Of a stretch of DNA of 64,000 nucleotides, positions 63,120 to 64,000 are shown one piece after another. Source of the stretch: Deltaproteobacteria bacterium (GTDB lineage: Bacteria; Desulfobacterota_D; UBA1144; Nemesobacterales; CSP1-2); assembly GCA_052390235.1 (NCBI GenBank), contig JBQTHB010000005.1:192001-256000 (forward strand), in the 5' to 3' direction. Made by a program: the position numbers and the translations under genes. Every line of letters begins with the position of its first letter. Positions within the stretch are counted from its first letter, which is position 1. The notes below the pieces were generated by a model. That model saw nothing but the letters and a program-made list of their open reading frames with translations, had not been told where the DNA came from and did not search any database.

Positions 63120-64000
63120 TTATCTGACTATTCTGGGCGTAATGAAAACCAGAAGCTCTCGTCTCTGGTCAATCGTCGAGGTATTTCTGAACAAAAATCC
63201 GAGCAGTGGGATTCTCGAAAGCCACGGAATCCCGGACAGGCTCTCCGTTGAGGTTCTCGTAAAAATCCCGCCTACGACTATGGTTTCGCCGTCAAGGGCA
63301 AGCACCTGGGTTTCGGCTTCGTTTCTCCTGATGGCAGGCTGCCCGTCTGCGCCAACCACTGAGGGGTCGGGGGCGTTGTCCGTAACCTGTATTTGCATAA
63401 GCACCCTGCCGTCATTTGTAACCTGAGGGGTTACTTCGAGCCTCAGAGTTGCATCTACAAACTGGGTCTGAGTTCCCGCCGCCGAGACGCTCAGAAACGG
63501 AATTGAAACCCCCTGCTCGATTCTAGCCTCCTGATTGTCGAGCGTCAGCACCTTCGGCGAGGAAAGCACCCTGCCATCTCCCCTGCTCTCAAGAGCCGAT
63601 AGCCTGATGTCGAGGTCGTAAGCGCCAGTGAGACTGCCCAAAACCACTCCCAGCGCGCCTCCTGAGCCGGGGCCCACAGCCGCAGGAAGGTCAACGATGA
63701 AGTTCTGCCCTATGTTTCCAAATGGGCCAGGCGCTCCCACTCCCACCCCGCCCACCCCGACGTTCGATGGGAAAATCGCTCCCGTCGGGTTGCCCGTAGC
63801 GGCTGAGGCTCGGTAGTTGAATCCCCACTGCACGCCAAGTTCTCTGGTGAAATCAAGCGTAGCCTGCACGATTCGGGATTCGATTAAAATCTGAGGCGTT
63901 CTGGTGTCGAGGCTTTTTAGTAGTTCCGAGATTTGAGCTACTCTGGTTTCGGTGTCTGTTATGAGAATGCTGTTGGTGCGCAGGTCAACTCTAGTCTCTC
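63120..64000 (-). CDS. pilQ: Type IV pilus secretin (5'-partial)
   Basis: VDLRTNSILI, QILIESRIV, ELGVQW, LSSPKVLTLDN, GETIVVGG, IPLLGFLF, ELLVFITPRI; frame runs off the window. Confidence 0.9.
   Translation of the reverse strand, partial: ETRVDLRTNSILITDTETRVAQISELLKSLDTRTPQILIESRIVQATLDFTRELGVQWGFNYRASAATGNPTGAIFPSNVGVGGVGVGAPGPFGNIGQNFIVDLPAAVGPGSGGALGVVLGSLTGAYDLDIRLSALESRGDGRVLSSPKVLTLDNQEARIEQGVSIPFLSVSAAGTQTQFVDATLRLEVTPQVTNDGRVLMQIQVTDNAPDPSVVGADGQPAIRRNEAETQVLALDGETIVVGGIFTRTSTESLSGIPWLSRIPLLGFLFRNTSTIDQRRELLVFITPRIVR

Overview
Bacterial chromosome segment, mostly housekeeping genes, containing the replication origin. The protein set (MqnA, tandem ThyX, split transketolase, GspL/M/N, PilQ, TolQRA) suggests a diderm Desulfobacterota/Dadabacteria-like organism; this is inference only. 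The dnaA-dnaN intergenic region is a clear oriC, with tandem DnaA boxes, a GC-rich spacer, DnaA-trios and an AT-rich unwinding element. More DnaA boxes lie in the dnaA promoter, and a third cluster about 9 kb away, behind mnmE, abuts a near-perfect parS palindrome. The strongest candidate for an undescribed system is DnaA itself. It appears to carry an N-terminal extension (MAKRVTLGRNLKSLF) resembling the ParA-activating peptide of ParB/Spo0J, which together with the parS/DnaA-box site suggests direct coupling of initiation and partitioning. Other notable items: a degenerate sirtuin in an operon with tandem ThyX, a signal-peptide-bearing DUF151 nuclease behind gspLMN, a QseE/QseG-like sensor-lipoprotein pair with GGDEF output, an ATA start for moeA, several apparently leaderless genes, an unannotated 57-aa acidic ORF, a frameshift-separated signal peptide ahead of a YyaL-like gene, a stand-alone Card1-like nuclease domain, and Ig-like/Cys-repeat lipoproteins behind pilQ. 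No rRNA, tRNA, CRISPR array or mobile element was seen. All family assignments come from motif recognition by eye; no searches were run.
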